The translations under genes and the position numbers were made by a program. Of a stretch of DNA of 64,000 nt, positions 1-7,876 are shown one piece after another. The stretch comes from a virus: the IMG/VR virus record IMGVR_UViG_3300035492_000075. The stretch is one strand, 5' to 3'. Below the pieces are notes generated by a model. That model saw only the letters and a list, made by a program, of their open reading frames with translations, ran no database searches and was not told the DNA's origin. Numbering within the stretch: position 1 is the first letter of the stretch; the number at the start of each line of letters is the position of its first letter.

Positions 1-167
1 TCTGCGCGGTTGTTTCCCTATCAGCAGAATGGTTCTTCGGTGTGGACACTTCTATCGTCAACCGTTGGATCAGCTCCATCATGACGTGCGCATTTGTTGT
101 CCACTTCTTAGAAAGTGAATATGCCATTAGTGAGTTGATGGCTGAACGGGGGCATGAAGATGACTGA
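1..167 (+). CDS. C-terminal end of a hypothetical hydrophobic protein (partial, continues upstream of window)
   Basis: Frame 3 is open from the window edge to TGA 165-167 (...WISSIMTCAFVVHFLESEYAISELMAERGHEDD*). The stop overlaps the next ATG. Confidence 0.35.
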   Translation, partial: CAVVSLSAEWFFGVDTSIVNRWISSIMTCAFVVHFLESEYAISELMAERGHEDD

Positions 168-591
168 TTCCACATCGGTACATCGCTTTATCTCTGGCGC
201 TGCAACTCTCGCTGCTATCGTCTGTTGGATCATCGCTGTTGGGTTTGTGTGGAACAACGACGTCACACCAGTGCAGCACACCATCGTGCTTATCGTGCTT
301 GGTGTTTCACTCGTCTTCTTGTGGAACGTTGGCTTTCCAGAGGAAGAGGAACTTTGGTCTCGTTACACATACGTCGTCTACAAGTTCGTACCAGAAGATG
401 ACGTTGATGACGTTGATGACGTTGACATGAAGAAAGCGACATATACAGAAATCCCGACTCTGCATGCCTCGACATTCGACAACGCGAAACGCCTGACATC
501 GATGATGAATGACTCTCGCTCGTCTGGAGACAATTTCCACTACGACTTCAAGGAACACCTGCTCGTTGACAAGACATTTGGGGATTACTAA
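154..591 (+). CDS. hypothetical membrane protein with acidic DDV repeat
   Basis: 145-aa ATG ORF with N-terminal hydrophobic segments and a DDVDDVDDVD repeat. No family recognised. Confidence 0.6.
   Translation: MKMTDSTSVHRFISGAATLAAIVCWIIAVGFVWNNDVTPVQHTIVLIVLGVSLVFLWNVGFPEEEELWSRYTYVVYKFVPEDDVDDVDDVDMKKATYTEIPTLHASTFDNAKRLTSMMNDSRSSGDNFHYDFKEHLLVDKTFGDY
397..426 (+). repeat. 9-bp tandem repeat GATGACGTT x3.3, in frame (codes DDVDDVDDVD)
   Basis: Read directly from the sequence. Confidence 0.9.
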
Positions 592-595
592 AACC

Positions 596-796
596 ATGAC
601 TGGGCTGAACAAGAAGCAGCATCTGTACATCATTTGCTGGTTGGTAGCTGCTGCTATCGGTTTCTACTGCACTATTGAGATGATTATGTCACTCCCTCCG
701 TACTCTGAAGAGCGGATTCAGATCGCGATGTGGATTTTCCCTTGCGCTGGTTTGATCGGGATGATCATAGCGCACACATTGGATTGGTTCGAATGA
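596..796 (+). CDS. small hypothetical membrane protein (66 aa)
   Basis: ATG 596 lies 5 nt after the previous stop. Two hydrophobic helices. The listed 509 start lies inside the upstream gene. Confidence 0.55.
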   Translation: MTGLNKKQHLYIICWLVAAAIGFYCTIEMIMSLPPYSEERIQIAMWIFPCAGLIGMIIAHTLDWFE

Positions 797-1083
797 CCGT
801 CTACGTTGACGATATGAAAGCCAAGCTGGGTAGAATGACCATGTGCCATATGCTTGCAGATTCTGATGAAGAACTACTTGCAATGGCACATAAGATTGGT
901 GTACCATTACATCATCATCAGTTCCCCGGCACACCAAAGAGCCACTTCGACATCTGTATGCAGAAGAAAGCATTGGCTATCGCTGCTGGGGCTGTTCAAA
1001 TCACCATGAAGGACGCTGGTAGGATCATCAAACGGCGTCGGGAGGCTTCAGATGGGTCAGCCGATATTCAAGCAGGTAGTTGA
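793..1083 (+). CDS. DUF4031-like protein
   Basis: MTVYVDD...GRMTMCHMLADSDEELLAMAHKIGV...SHFDIC...ALAIAAGA fits the DUF4031 pattern. ATGA start/stop overlap with the upstream ORF. Confidence 0.6.
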   Translation: MTVYVDDMKAKLGRMTMCHMLADSDEELLAMAHKIGVPLHHHQFPGTPKSHFDICMQKKALAIAAGAVQITMKDAGRIIKRRREASDGSADIQAGS

Positions 1084-2020
1084 GCGGTTTGTTGACGAAC
1101 TCACACTCGACGAACGAATCAGCATCGTCAAACAGGCATCGACCGCGTACAATGAAGGCTGGTTGAGTCTCTCACCGGCTCAGGATGAGTGGCTTCGGAT
1201 GCTTTGCCTCTCCATCTCCGAACAGCGTTACTATTACCTCACCGACCGTGCCATTGATTTGTGCTGGCGAGCTATCCAAGGTGAGCAGATGTGGGCTGGT
1301 GATGGGCGTACTGAAGAAAAGCGCCTGCATGAACACCAGACCATGAATAAAGGGCATCGTCTGATCTCCTACAGAGCTCGCTGGAAGAATCGCAGCAAGC
1401 GCAACACGAAGTACAATAACCAGTATGGGATCGTCGACAAGATTGGACGTAGTGATCGCGTCTGGGTTGTGCTTCCTGCTCTAAACAAACGAATGAATCT
1501 CCATGTGGATCGCATCACACCATATGAATACGGAAAAAAGGATGTAAAAAGAATGAACCAATTCGAATATCAAGACGAAGTGGTTGTTATCGCTCCTCGT
1601 CTGAAAACAACTGGTGAAACGGCTTCGGTAGCCAGAACCACATCAGACGGTTATGTGATCGTCATGTTCAAGGACGGTTCTCGCGGTCGCTACTTACCAG
1701 AAAGTCTGATGAAGAAAGAACATCAGAAGACTGATGAATCACCGAAGAAGCAATCGCGAAAGCTTCTCCCGGTCGTCGTTGTTGCATGGGGAGCTGACGA
1801 AAGCTACTGTCGATCCGTGCTGGAAGAAATTCACAACCCATATAAGGATTTCGACGAATGTACGATTTTCTTTGTGGAGAAATATGAGGACGTGTTCGAC
1901 CATGAGGTTATTATCAATGTGATGGACACCAACGATGCTGTTGCGGTATACTACCCACTCGAAGACACTGGTGCTGTTTTTGTGAACAAGGTAGTTCCGG
2001 TTGAAGTGGTCCTTAAATAA
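1052..2020 (+). CDS. hypothetical protein
   Basis: 322-aa ORF with a GGGAGG SD upstream of the ATG. No family recognised. Confidence 0.7.
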   Translation: MGQPIFKQVVERFVDELTLDERISIVKQASTAYNEGWLSLSPAQDEWLRMLCLSISEQRYYYLTDRAIDLCWRAIQGEQMWAGDGRTEEKRLHEHQTMNKGHRLISYRARWKNRSKRNTKYNNQYGIVDKIGRSDRVWVVLPALNKRMNLHVDRITPYEYGKKDVKRMNQFEYQDEVVVIAPRLKTTGETASVARTTSDGYVIVMFKDGSRGRYLPESLMKKEHQKTDESPKKQSRKLLPVVVVAWGADESYCRSVLEEIHNPYKDFDECTIFFVEKYEDVFDHEVIINVMDTNDAVAVYYPLEDTGAVFVNKVVPVEVVLK

Positions 2021-2098
2021 GGTTCTATGAAGTTCAAACTGTAAAGCGATGCCGCTAAGGAGGTGACCTATGAAATAGATGCATAGGAGACCTGTAAA

Positions 2099-2557
2099 AT
2101 GTCTAGAACGAAAAGAAATCAAGAGATGTGCTCCAGTCGGAGAGTTCTACGAGAGTGGCATTACCTTCGCGGTGAACGGGAGAGAAGAACCTCATATATC
2201 AGAACGAATGAGAAGTGCATCCGCAAGATGTACCGTATCGTTGGATGGACAGAGAATTCCTTCCCGATTAGCGAGATACGTGAGTATGTTGTTGATATCC
2301 ACCGCGTAGTATTGAACGAGACTTTTTGGTGGGAAGACGACGGATTCGAGACCTATGAGGATTGTGTTGCGAGTCATATACGTGATCTTCAGCGCGATGG
2401 TTCTTGGGTCCGTGGACGCATCGAGAAGTATTGGAGTGTTCAAGCCAATCGTAGGGCACGTCATAATGCCAAGACGGCGATCAGAAATGCCATTGAGACT
2501 GACTCGTTCGACGAGATGGTCATCGAAGGTAAGGAAGATTTGAGCTGGTACTGGTAA
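2099..2557 (+). CDS. hypothetical protein
   Basis: 152-aa ORF with a GGAGA SD 8 nt upstream, followed by a terminator. Confidence 0.7.
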   Translation: MSRTKRNQEMCSSRRVLREWHYLRGERERRTSYIRTNEKCIRKMYRIVGWTENSFPISEIREYVVDIHRVVLNETFWWEDDGFETYEDCVASHIRDLQRDGSWVRGRIEKYWSVQANRRARHNAKTAIRNAIETDSFDEMVIEGKEDLSWYW

Positions 2558-2561
2558 GGGA

Positions 2562-2589
2562 AAAGGGACTCGAAAGAGTCCCTTTTTCG
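2562..2589 (+). terminator. rho-independent terminator
   Basis: AAGGGACTC-GAAA-GAGTCCCTT hairpin followed by a TTT run. Confidence 0.7.
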
Positions 2590-2599
2590 TATCTGAGTG

Positions 2600-2628
2600 T
2601 TGTGTTTTCTGTCAGGAGTGTGTATAAT
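2600..2628 (+). promoter_or_regulatory. sigma70-like promoter TTGTGT-N17-TATAAT
   Basis: Hexamers at 2600-2605 and 2623-2628, directly after the terminator and before the next ORF. Confidence 0.45.
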
Positions 2629-2654
2629 GGGCTCATCGAAATCAACGAGGACAG

Positions 2655-3317
2655 GTGAACCCCATGTATACCAATAGACAGAGACGCATCAAAAGAAATT
2701 ACGTCGAAGGTGATGTGGCTTTGGTGTTACCACAATACAACATCCACACAACAATCAGTAACAACCAGACGTACGTTGTCGGTGGTGGGCTTCACGTTGT
2801 CGTGAGATCACATTCGTCTGTCGAACCAGATGAGCTCGGTCGTCGCGTGATCTCTGTTGATGATGCAAACGCTCATGCTGAGCGACTCTCTTATATCTGC
2901 CATGGTGATGATGCATACAAACTGCTCACTACCCGCTGGTATATGGAAGTTGACCCTCAGAGCAATCAGTATCCAGTGATCGCGAATTATCTTCAGGGTA
3001 TTGGTTTTGATGTTGACCGACTCAACCATAATGACCGCTTTATCGGGAACACATATACTGGTATGGGGTTGCATTCTATTCTTGTGTCTGTGCAAAAAAT
3101 TCCAGAGAAGACAGAGCTTCACACATTGGAAGTTGACATCGAACCGCGACCTGCTGTAACCAGTATTCGTTTGATCGATGATGCGAAACGCGAGCGTGAG
3201 GCAGAGATGACACGGTTGCTTATGGAGTCGTTTGAACTCACACAAGAGTTGAACGCGATTCAGCGCAAGATCAGAGAAAACACTGACAGGGTTGCAGAAC
3301 TGTCTCTAACGGTGTGA
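2655..3317 (+). CDS. hypothetical protein
   Basis: 220-aa ORF from GTG 2655; ATG 2664 is an alternative start. C-terminal coiled-coil-like segment. Confidence 0.7.
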   Translation: MNPMYTNRQRRIKRNYVEGDVALVLPQYNIHTTISNNQTYVVGGGLHVVVRSHSSVEPDELGRRVISVDDANAHAERLSYICHGDDAYKLLTTRWYMEVDPQSNQYPVIANYLQGIGFDVDRLNHNDRFIGNTYTGMGLHSILVSVQKIPEKTELHTLEVDIEPRPAVTSIRLIDDAKREREAEMTRLLMESFELTQELNAIQRKIRENTDRVAELSLTV

Positions 3318-3330
3318 TATATACTCAGAT

Positions 3331-3407
3331 ATCCTCGTAGCTCAACTGGAAAGAGCAACGAACTTCTAATTCGTAGGTTGTAGGTTCGAGTCCTACCGGG
3401 GATACCA
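3331..3407 (+). tRNA. tRNA-Arg (anticodon UCU)
   Basis: Hand-folded cloverleaf: acceptor ATCCTCG/CGGGGAT, D arm GCTC/GAGC, anticodon stem ACGAA/TTCGT with loop CTTCTAA, T arm GTAGG-TTCGAGT-CCTAC, discriminator A, encoded CCA. Confidence 0.9.
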
Positions 3408-3428
3408 TCTTGATATAAAGGTGAACAG

Positions 3429-3653
3429 ATGATTTTTTACAAGAAAAGCAAGATTCGAATTCAGTTCAGGAGCGGTGCAGTCGACGAGTTGTGGGTGTGG
3501 GACATCAGCACCCGGTTCTCTGGTAATGTATTAACTGGGTTCAAGTGGCATCTGTGTAGTGGGCGTATCATGTTCGTCGACATCAGTCAGATCGAGTACA
3601 TCCGAGAAGTAGACAGTAAACTCGTCTTCCGTCTCTTCGACCCAAAAATGTGA
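3429..3653 (+). CDS. hypothetical protein
   Basis: 74-aa ORF with an AAGGTG SD. Confidence 0.55.
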   Translation: MIFYKKSKIRIQFRSGAVDELWVWDISTRFSGNVLTGFKWHLCSGRIMFVDISQIEYIREVDSKLVFRLFDPKM

Positions 3654-3660
3654 TATCATC

Positions 3661-4035
3661 ATGTTTTCAATTAAAATCGTCAAACAGTCGTATGACAGCT
3701 TTTCTTCTGAGATCGTAGAAGACCTCATTGACTACGAGTGGAAGAACATCGAGACTGCGAAGAAAGCACTACAAATGATTAAAGAACACCATGAGTTCTA
3801 CCGCAGGGCAGATCGTAGTTATGGTGCACGGACGGAAACAACCGAACTTGCCAAGACCAGACCATGGTTCTCCGACACCATAGACGTACTAGACTGGGAT
3901 TACCAGATTACTCTCCCAGTGGATGATGAGGAAGTGCATTCTCGGACCTTCGTCGTAAACTGGGTAGGTTGGGGTTCTGATTTGATGAGCGCCTCGGTCA
4001 TGATCAAGAGTGACGAGTTTACATACGTCCCTTGA
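3661..4035 (+). CDS. hypothetical protein
   Basis: 124-aa ORF between the two tRNA genes. Confidence 0.6.
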   Translation: MFSIKIVKQSYDSFSSEIVEDLIDYEWKNIETAKKALQMIKEHHEFYRRADRSYGARTETTELAKTRPWFSDTIDVLDWDYQITLPVDDEEVHSRTFVVNWVGWGSDLMSASVMIKSDEFTYVP

Positions 4036-4045
4036 ATGACATCAT

Positions 4046-4122
4046 GCGCGGGTGGCCAAGTTGGCAGAGGCGGGGGACTTAAAATCCCTCAGACACGAGT
4101 TCGAATCTCGTCTCGCGTACCA
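4046..4122 (+). tRNA. tRNA with anticodon UAA (Leu-like body, short variable loop)
   Basis: Acceptor GCGCGGG/CTCGCGT, D arm GCC-AAGTTGGCAGA-GGC, anticodon stem GGGGA/TCCCT with loop CTTAAAA, 5-nt variable loop CAGAC, T arm ACGAG-TTCGAAT-CTCGT, A73, encoded CCA. Confidence 0.8.
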
Positions 4123-4130
4123 TTTTCTTA

Positions 4131-4159
4131 TTGACACATGATTTCTTCTCCTTTAAGCT
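4131..4159 (+). promoter_or_regulatory. sigma70-like promoter TTGACA-N17-TAAGCT
   Basis: Hexamers at 4131-4136 and 4154-4159, just downstream of the tRNA. Confidence 0.5.
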
Positions 4160-4185
4160 GATATCTTTCATCGTGGAGTAAGCAA

Positions 4186-4407
4186 ATGAACACCATCCTA
4201 GTCTTCTTCGTCAGTATGGTCGTGATGAACCTGTGCTTCTACATCGTAGCCGGGTTGATCTGCTGGAAGTACCCTAAAGGTGCATGCTACGAGTTCTGTA
4301 GGAACATCGTGCTCACTGGAGATTCGTCTCGGTTCACGTTCTACGCAAGCCTGACGGCATCGTTTTTTCTGGCAGTGATCTTCCATACCATCACCGTTGG
4401 AGTTTGA
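4186..4407 (+). CDS. small hypothetical membrane protein
   Basis: 73-aa ORF with a GGAG SD and two hydrophobic helices. Confidence 0.55.
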   Translation: MNTILVFFVSMVVMNLCFYIVAGLICWKYPKGACYEFCRNIVLTGDSSRFTFYASLTASFFLAVIFHTITVGV

Positions 4408-4453
4408 TTGTGACACCAAACGAATTCGAAAAAATTCTCAAAGAGGAAAAATC

Positions 4454-4963
4454 ATGGATATTCAAAAACTTGGTCTGGTAAACGACATCTACCATGTCAT
4501 CCAGCGTTGTGAAAAACAGTTGGCTCTGCTCCAAAGCGTGAAGGACACCTACGCTTCTGGCGAACGAGACGCTGTCAAAGGCGGTTACTACCTCTCAATT
4601 TCCCAACATTCTGATGGTAGCGGCTCCCGTGTTGACCTCGGTGGCTGCTGCGTCGCAGAAGAAACAGTCGCCGCAATCGAGATGATTCTGGTGCGAAAGA
4701 TTGACACCCTGAGCAAGGAACTCATGAAACTTGGGGTCGGTGGTCTGGTGTGTGAGGACACTCCACTCGTCTCGCAGTCGTTCCTTACCAAGGATCAGAT
4801 TCGAGATGTGTTCATGGAAAATGGCTTCACCATCAAGGATGGTCTGACAGACCTGAAACCATATGTATATGAGGCGGCTGATGCGTTGATCATGAAAGCA
4901 TACACGGTTATCAAAGACGCCTTTTTGTACTCCATGAACGATGAGAGAAAATCAGATGAGTAA
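4454..4963 (+). CDS. hypothetical protein
   Basis: ATG 4454 is preceded by AAGAGGAAAA. The listed 4397 start is a TTG inside the previous gene. Confidence 0.65.
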   Translation: MDIQKLGLVNDIYHVIQRCEKQLALLQSVKDTYASGERDAVKGGYYLSISQHSDGSGSRVDLGGCCVAEETVAAIEMILVRKIDTLSKELMKLGVGGLVCEDTPLVSQSFLTKDQIRDVFMENGFTIKDGLTDLKPYVYEAADALIMKAYTVIKDAFLYSMNDERKSDE

Positions 4964-5738
4964 GCTAGATACGAAAGACCCAATGGGGTCTCGGATGAAG
5001 GCATATGAGCGGGTTGAAACCGACCGAAAACTGGACGGTATCATCTATGCTCGTATCGATGGTCGCGGCTTTTCCAAGTTCACCAAGAGTTTCAAGAAGC
5101 CGTATGACACCAACATCATTGGTGCCATGCAAGCTACTACCGAACATCTGGTTCGTGTCACCAACGCCGTTTGTGGGTACACCCAGTCAGATGAGATCAG
5201 TCTCATGTGGGATAACACCGACGACCCAAAATCGGAGCACTTCTTTGCCGGTAAGGTACAGAAGATGGTGAGTACTCTGGCTGCTATGGCGTCCGTGAAG
5301 TTCTATTCCGTGCTGGCTGAGAAAGGTGTTCTTCCAAAAGATTCGCTACCCACATTCGATGCTCGCGTGTATGAGCTACCAGATCGGTACGAAGCGATGA
5401 ACGCGTTTCTCTGGCGGCAGCAAGATGCCAAGCGCAATGCAATCCAGATGCTCGGTCAGAGCCAGTGGAGCCATCGTGAGTTGCAGAACAAGAGCACCGA
5501 TGATGTCGAGCTGATGTTGATGGAGCGAGACCCATGGTTGGTCTGGGGCGCACCGCATGACTTCATGCGTGGGACATTCTACAAGCGTTGCACCATCGAG
5601 AAACAGTTGGAGGTTGGTACAGTCAAGCGCACCATTGTTGCACATTACTATGTTGACCTTATGGAGCTCATCAACACTGACGCTAGAGTCGATTTTGTCT
5701 GTACAAAGAAAATGGAGCTGAGTGACTACGATGACTAA
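4956..5738 (+). CDS. tRNA-His guanylyltransferase (Thg1)-like 3'-5' nucleotidyltransferase
   Basis: MKAYE...IYARIDGRGFSKFTK.FKKPYD...YTQSDEISL motifs are typical of Thg1/TLP. ATG 4956 overlaps the upstream stop. Confidence 0.85.
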   Translation: MSKLDTKDPMGSRMKAYERVETDRKLDGIIYARIDGRGFSKFTKSFKKPYDTNIIGAMQATTEHLVRVTNAVCGYTQSDEISLMWDNTDDPKSEHFFAGKVQKMVSTLAAMASVKFYSVLAEKGVLPKDSLPTFDARVYELPDRYEAMNAFLWRQQDAKRNAIQMLGQSQWSHRELQNKSTDDVELMLMERDPWLVWGAPHDFMRGTFYKRCTIEKQLEVGTVKRTIVAHYYVDLMELINTDARVDFVCTKKMELSDYDD

Positions 5739-6114
5739 CTTTGAAGAGTACATAAAGAACCCACCACATCTGGTTACTGAGCACTTCATTCGACACCTGC
5801 GCTGGGTACTTGATGGTGAGTGTGGTATGCCTGCATGGGAGCGTGGCGGGAAACAGCGTGTGGTGTCCATGGCGGCGTGTATCGTCGATGGTAACCTCGT
5901 CGTAGGGAATCGCCACTTCTGCCCCGTGATGAGCCTCCAGCTCGACCGACTGGGCGTTCGTGGTGGTTCCAAGCCAAGTGAGCAAGGCTTCGTTGATCAA
6001 TTCGGGATTTACATGACTCGCGAAGAGGCGTATATTGTTGCCAAAGCAGCCGGTCAACTCAAGTATCATGAGGATGACTGGGGCGAAGTTCTTTACTCGG
6101 AGAGTTACCTATGA
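5731..6114 (+). CDS. hypothetical protein (coupled to the Thg1-like gene)
   Basis: ATG 5731 overlaps the Thg1-like stop (ATGACTAA). 127 aa. No family recognised. Confidence 0.6.
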   Translation: MTNFEEYIKNPPHLVTEHFIRHLRWVLDGECGMPAWERGGKQRVVSMAACIVDGNLVVGNRHFCPVMSLQLDRLGVRGGSKPSEQGFVDQFGIYMTREEAYIVAKAAGQLKYHEDDWGEVLYSESYL

Positions 6115-6449
6115 GCTTGGGAGACACACCAGCATACGATTTCCTGCCAGACAACGATAACGCGGCTAAAGAATTCCGTCGCATGATCGAAGAACGTCAG
6201 ACTATCGAAAAGAAGGAGGAACGTCAGTTCATCGTTGATATGATGGTGAAGGACTTCGGTGAGGGTAGAGCGGATGTTCGTTTGCGTCTCGACAGAGCAA
6301 ACAAATCTCAACGAGTTTTTGTTCCGCCTGTGCTCACACGTGATGAGATCGAACAGCTCCTGAACGAACTCGGTTCGACTCAGTATTCACTTTCAGATGG
6401 AAACAGTGAACTGAAAGTGAAGAACCCATTCCCAATGGTGTTGAAATGA
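6111..6449 (+). CDS. hypothetical protein
   Basis: 112-aa ORF with a GGAGAG SD and an ATGA overlap with the upstream stop. Confidence 0.6.
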   Translation: MSLGDTPAYDFLPDNDNAAKEFRRMIEERQTIEKKEERQFIVDMMVKDFGEGRADVRLRLDRANKSQRVFVPPVLTRDEIEQLLNELGSTQYSLSDGNSELKVKNPFPMVLK

Positions 6450-6547
6450 AAAAAGACGATGACGATATCGAAGTAACAGAAAATGATGCGGTATCACTAG
6501 CCATGGCAATCATTGTTCTGGCTATACTGGGTTTCATAATTTTTTAA
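6446..6547 (+). CDS. possible 33-aa membrane peptide
   Basis: ATGA overlap with the upstream stop. MKKDDDDIEVTENDAVSLAMAIIVLAILGFIIF has a clear TM helix. Below the ORF-track cutoff. Confidence 0.35.
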   Translation: MKKDDDDIEVTENDAVSLAMAIIVLAILGFIIF

Positions 6548-6631
6548 CTCGATCACACTTTTTTACAAACGGTGCTTCTCTTTTGAACTTTCTTATGCTA
6601 GAGTCAGTGCATACCTGAGAGGTACGTGAAA

Positions 6632-6832
6632 ATGACCACCAAAGAAAATGAACTAGAGAAGCTTAGACAAGCTAGAGACTATTACCGCAAAACATGCGAC
6701 TCGTACCTCTGTGCTCCAGCGGACGGGAAAGCACTTGATCATGCGTATATGACAGATGCAAGAAGGGCATACACGGAAGCTTGTATAAAATTTGTAGAGC
6801 ATTATGTGCTTGACAGTGAAAGCACTGACTGA
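6632..6832 (+). CDS. hypothetical protein
   Basis: ATG 6632 lies 9 nt after a GAGAGG SD; 66 aa. Confidence 0.5.
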   Translation: MTTKENELEKLRQARDYYRKTCDSYLCAPADGKALDHAYMTDARRAYTEACIKFVEHYVLDSESTD

Positions 6833-6872
6833 TAAGATTCACACTTAAATCTGAACTGAAAAGGAAAAAGCG

Positions 6873-7499
6873 ATGAGCAACAAGATCACAGTAACAAGAG
6901 CACTGACTCGACTGAAGACGCTGGACAGCCTGATACAAAGCAAGATCACTGGTGCAACCTTCTGCGGTGTCGCCGTGAATGGTAAGGTGAACAACACCAA
7001 CGGTAAGTCCAGTGAAGATTTCGCATCTGGTGTGGTCTCTACACTGAAGTCAATCGATGATCTGATCACCGAGCGAGCCAACATCAAGACTGCCATCAAC
7101 AAGTCGAACCACGAGACGCTGGTGACAATCGGCGGAGAGCAGATGACTGTTGCTATGGCGATTGAGCGGAAGCATTCCGTTGGCTACACTGCGATGCGCC
7201 TTGATGCTTTGCGCCGTCAACTGGCTGACAGTGCCCGCGTTGCCCAACGTACAAACGATGAGATGGAGAAGAACATCGACCACATGCGCAACGAGTTCTT
7301 CTCCGATGGTGACATGACGAAGACCACCGAGTTCGAGGCTCTGGAAACAAGCATGCGTAAGTCTCGCACTGCGACGGTTGTCTCCGCACCGAACATCGAA
7401 GCGCTGATTGAGAAGCTCGCTGAAGAGAAACAGAACTTCGAGGAAGAGGTCGACTACGTCCTCTCCGAGGTCAACGCAACAACCTTTATCAGAGTCTAA
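6873..7499 (+). CDS. hypothetical coiled-coil protein
   Basis: 208-aa ORF with an AAGGA SD. Heptad-like helical composition. No confident family. Confidence 0.65.
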   Translation: MSNKITVTRALTRLKTLDSLIQSKITGATFCGVAVNGKVNNTNGKSSEDFASGVVSTLKSIDDLITERANIKTAINKSNHETLVTIGGEQMTVAMAIERKHSVGYTAMRLDALRRQLADSARVAQRTNDEMEKNIDHMRNEFFSDGDMTKTTEFEALETSMRKSRTATVVSAPNIEALIEKLAEEKQNFEEEVDYVLSEVNATTFIRV

Positions 7500-7786
7500 C
7501 CGGCTCTGATAAATAAAAGAGTTTGAATCGATAGCGAACAGCGGAATCTTGCAAACTATCATATATCATATATTCGCCAATGACCATGTTGAGTCCTTAT
7601 ATTGCGAAAATATGACTAGAACGCAAAGTTGAAAGCTTAACGTTTAGAAGTTTAATGTTGATGGTTTAAGTCTTCAAAGCATATGGCTAACAAGACAAAA
7701 GATCATAAAATCCTTGATGTAAAGGTGAATAACGATTTGCAAGGCGTTACGCGACCTCAAGGCTGCTACCCGGTTCAACACTATTG

Positions 7787-7813
7787 AAAAGCCCGCCATG
7801 TGCGGGCTTTTCT
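7787..7813 (+). terminator. rho-independent terminator
   Basis: AGCCCGC-CATGT-GCGGGCT hairpin followed by TTTTCT. Confidence 0.75.
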
Positions 7814-7815
7814 CG

Positions 7816-7844
7816 TTGACACGCATAATCCAACATGATAAAAT
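7816..7844 (+). promoter_or_regulatory. sigma70-like promoter TTGACA-N17-TAAAAT
   Basis: Hexamers at 7816-7821 and 7839-7844, 33 nt upstream of ATG 7877. Confidence 0.6.
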
Positions 7845-7876
7845 TCCTCTGGTTTCCAACATGAGGAATTGACATT

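Noticed and set aside
397-426. Possible CRISPR-like or satellite arrays (the 9-bp DDV repeat, the gp32 tail repeat, the AGCGA tract)
   Set aside because: All are short. They are either in frame within coding sequence or in a promoter region. There is no repeat-spacer periodicity and there are no cas genes.
2079-2309. 76-aa ORF starting right after the minigene stop
   Set aside because: It overlaps the longer 2099-2557 ORF in another frame, is Arg/Ser-rich, and lacks its own SD. The 152-aa frame has a well-spaced GGAGA. Reinitiation after the minigene cannot be fully excluded.
3331-3407. First reading of the anticodon loop suggested CUA (amber suppressor)
   Set aside because: That register does not give a paired anticodon stem. 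The 5-bp stem ACGAA/TTCGT fixes the 7-nt loop as CTTCTAA with U33 and A37, so the anticodon is UCU (Arg).
6548-6625. Sigma70-like promoter upstream of ORF 6632 (TTTACA...GAACTT or TGCTAGAGT extended -10)
   Set aside because: No hexamer pair with acceptable spacing and matches could be found. The candidates are too weak to report.
7674-7862. 62-aa minus-strand ORF in the long early intergenic gap
   Set aside because: It runs antisense through the plus-strand terminator and promoter, has no SD, and has an odd composition. It is probably a chance ORF.
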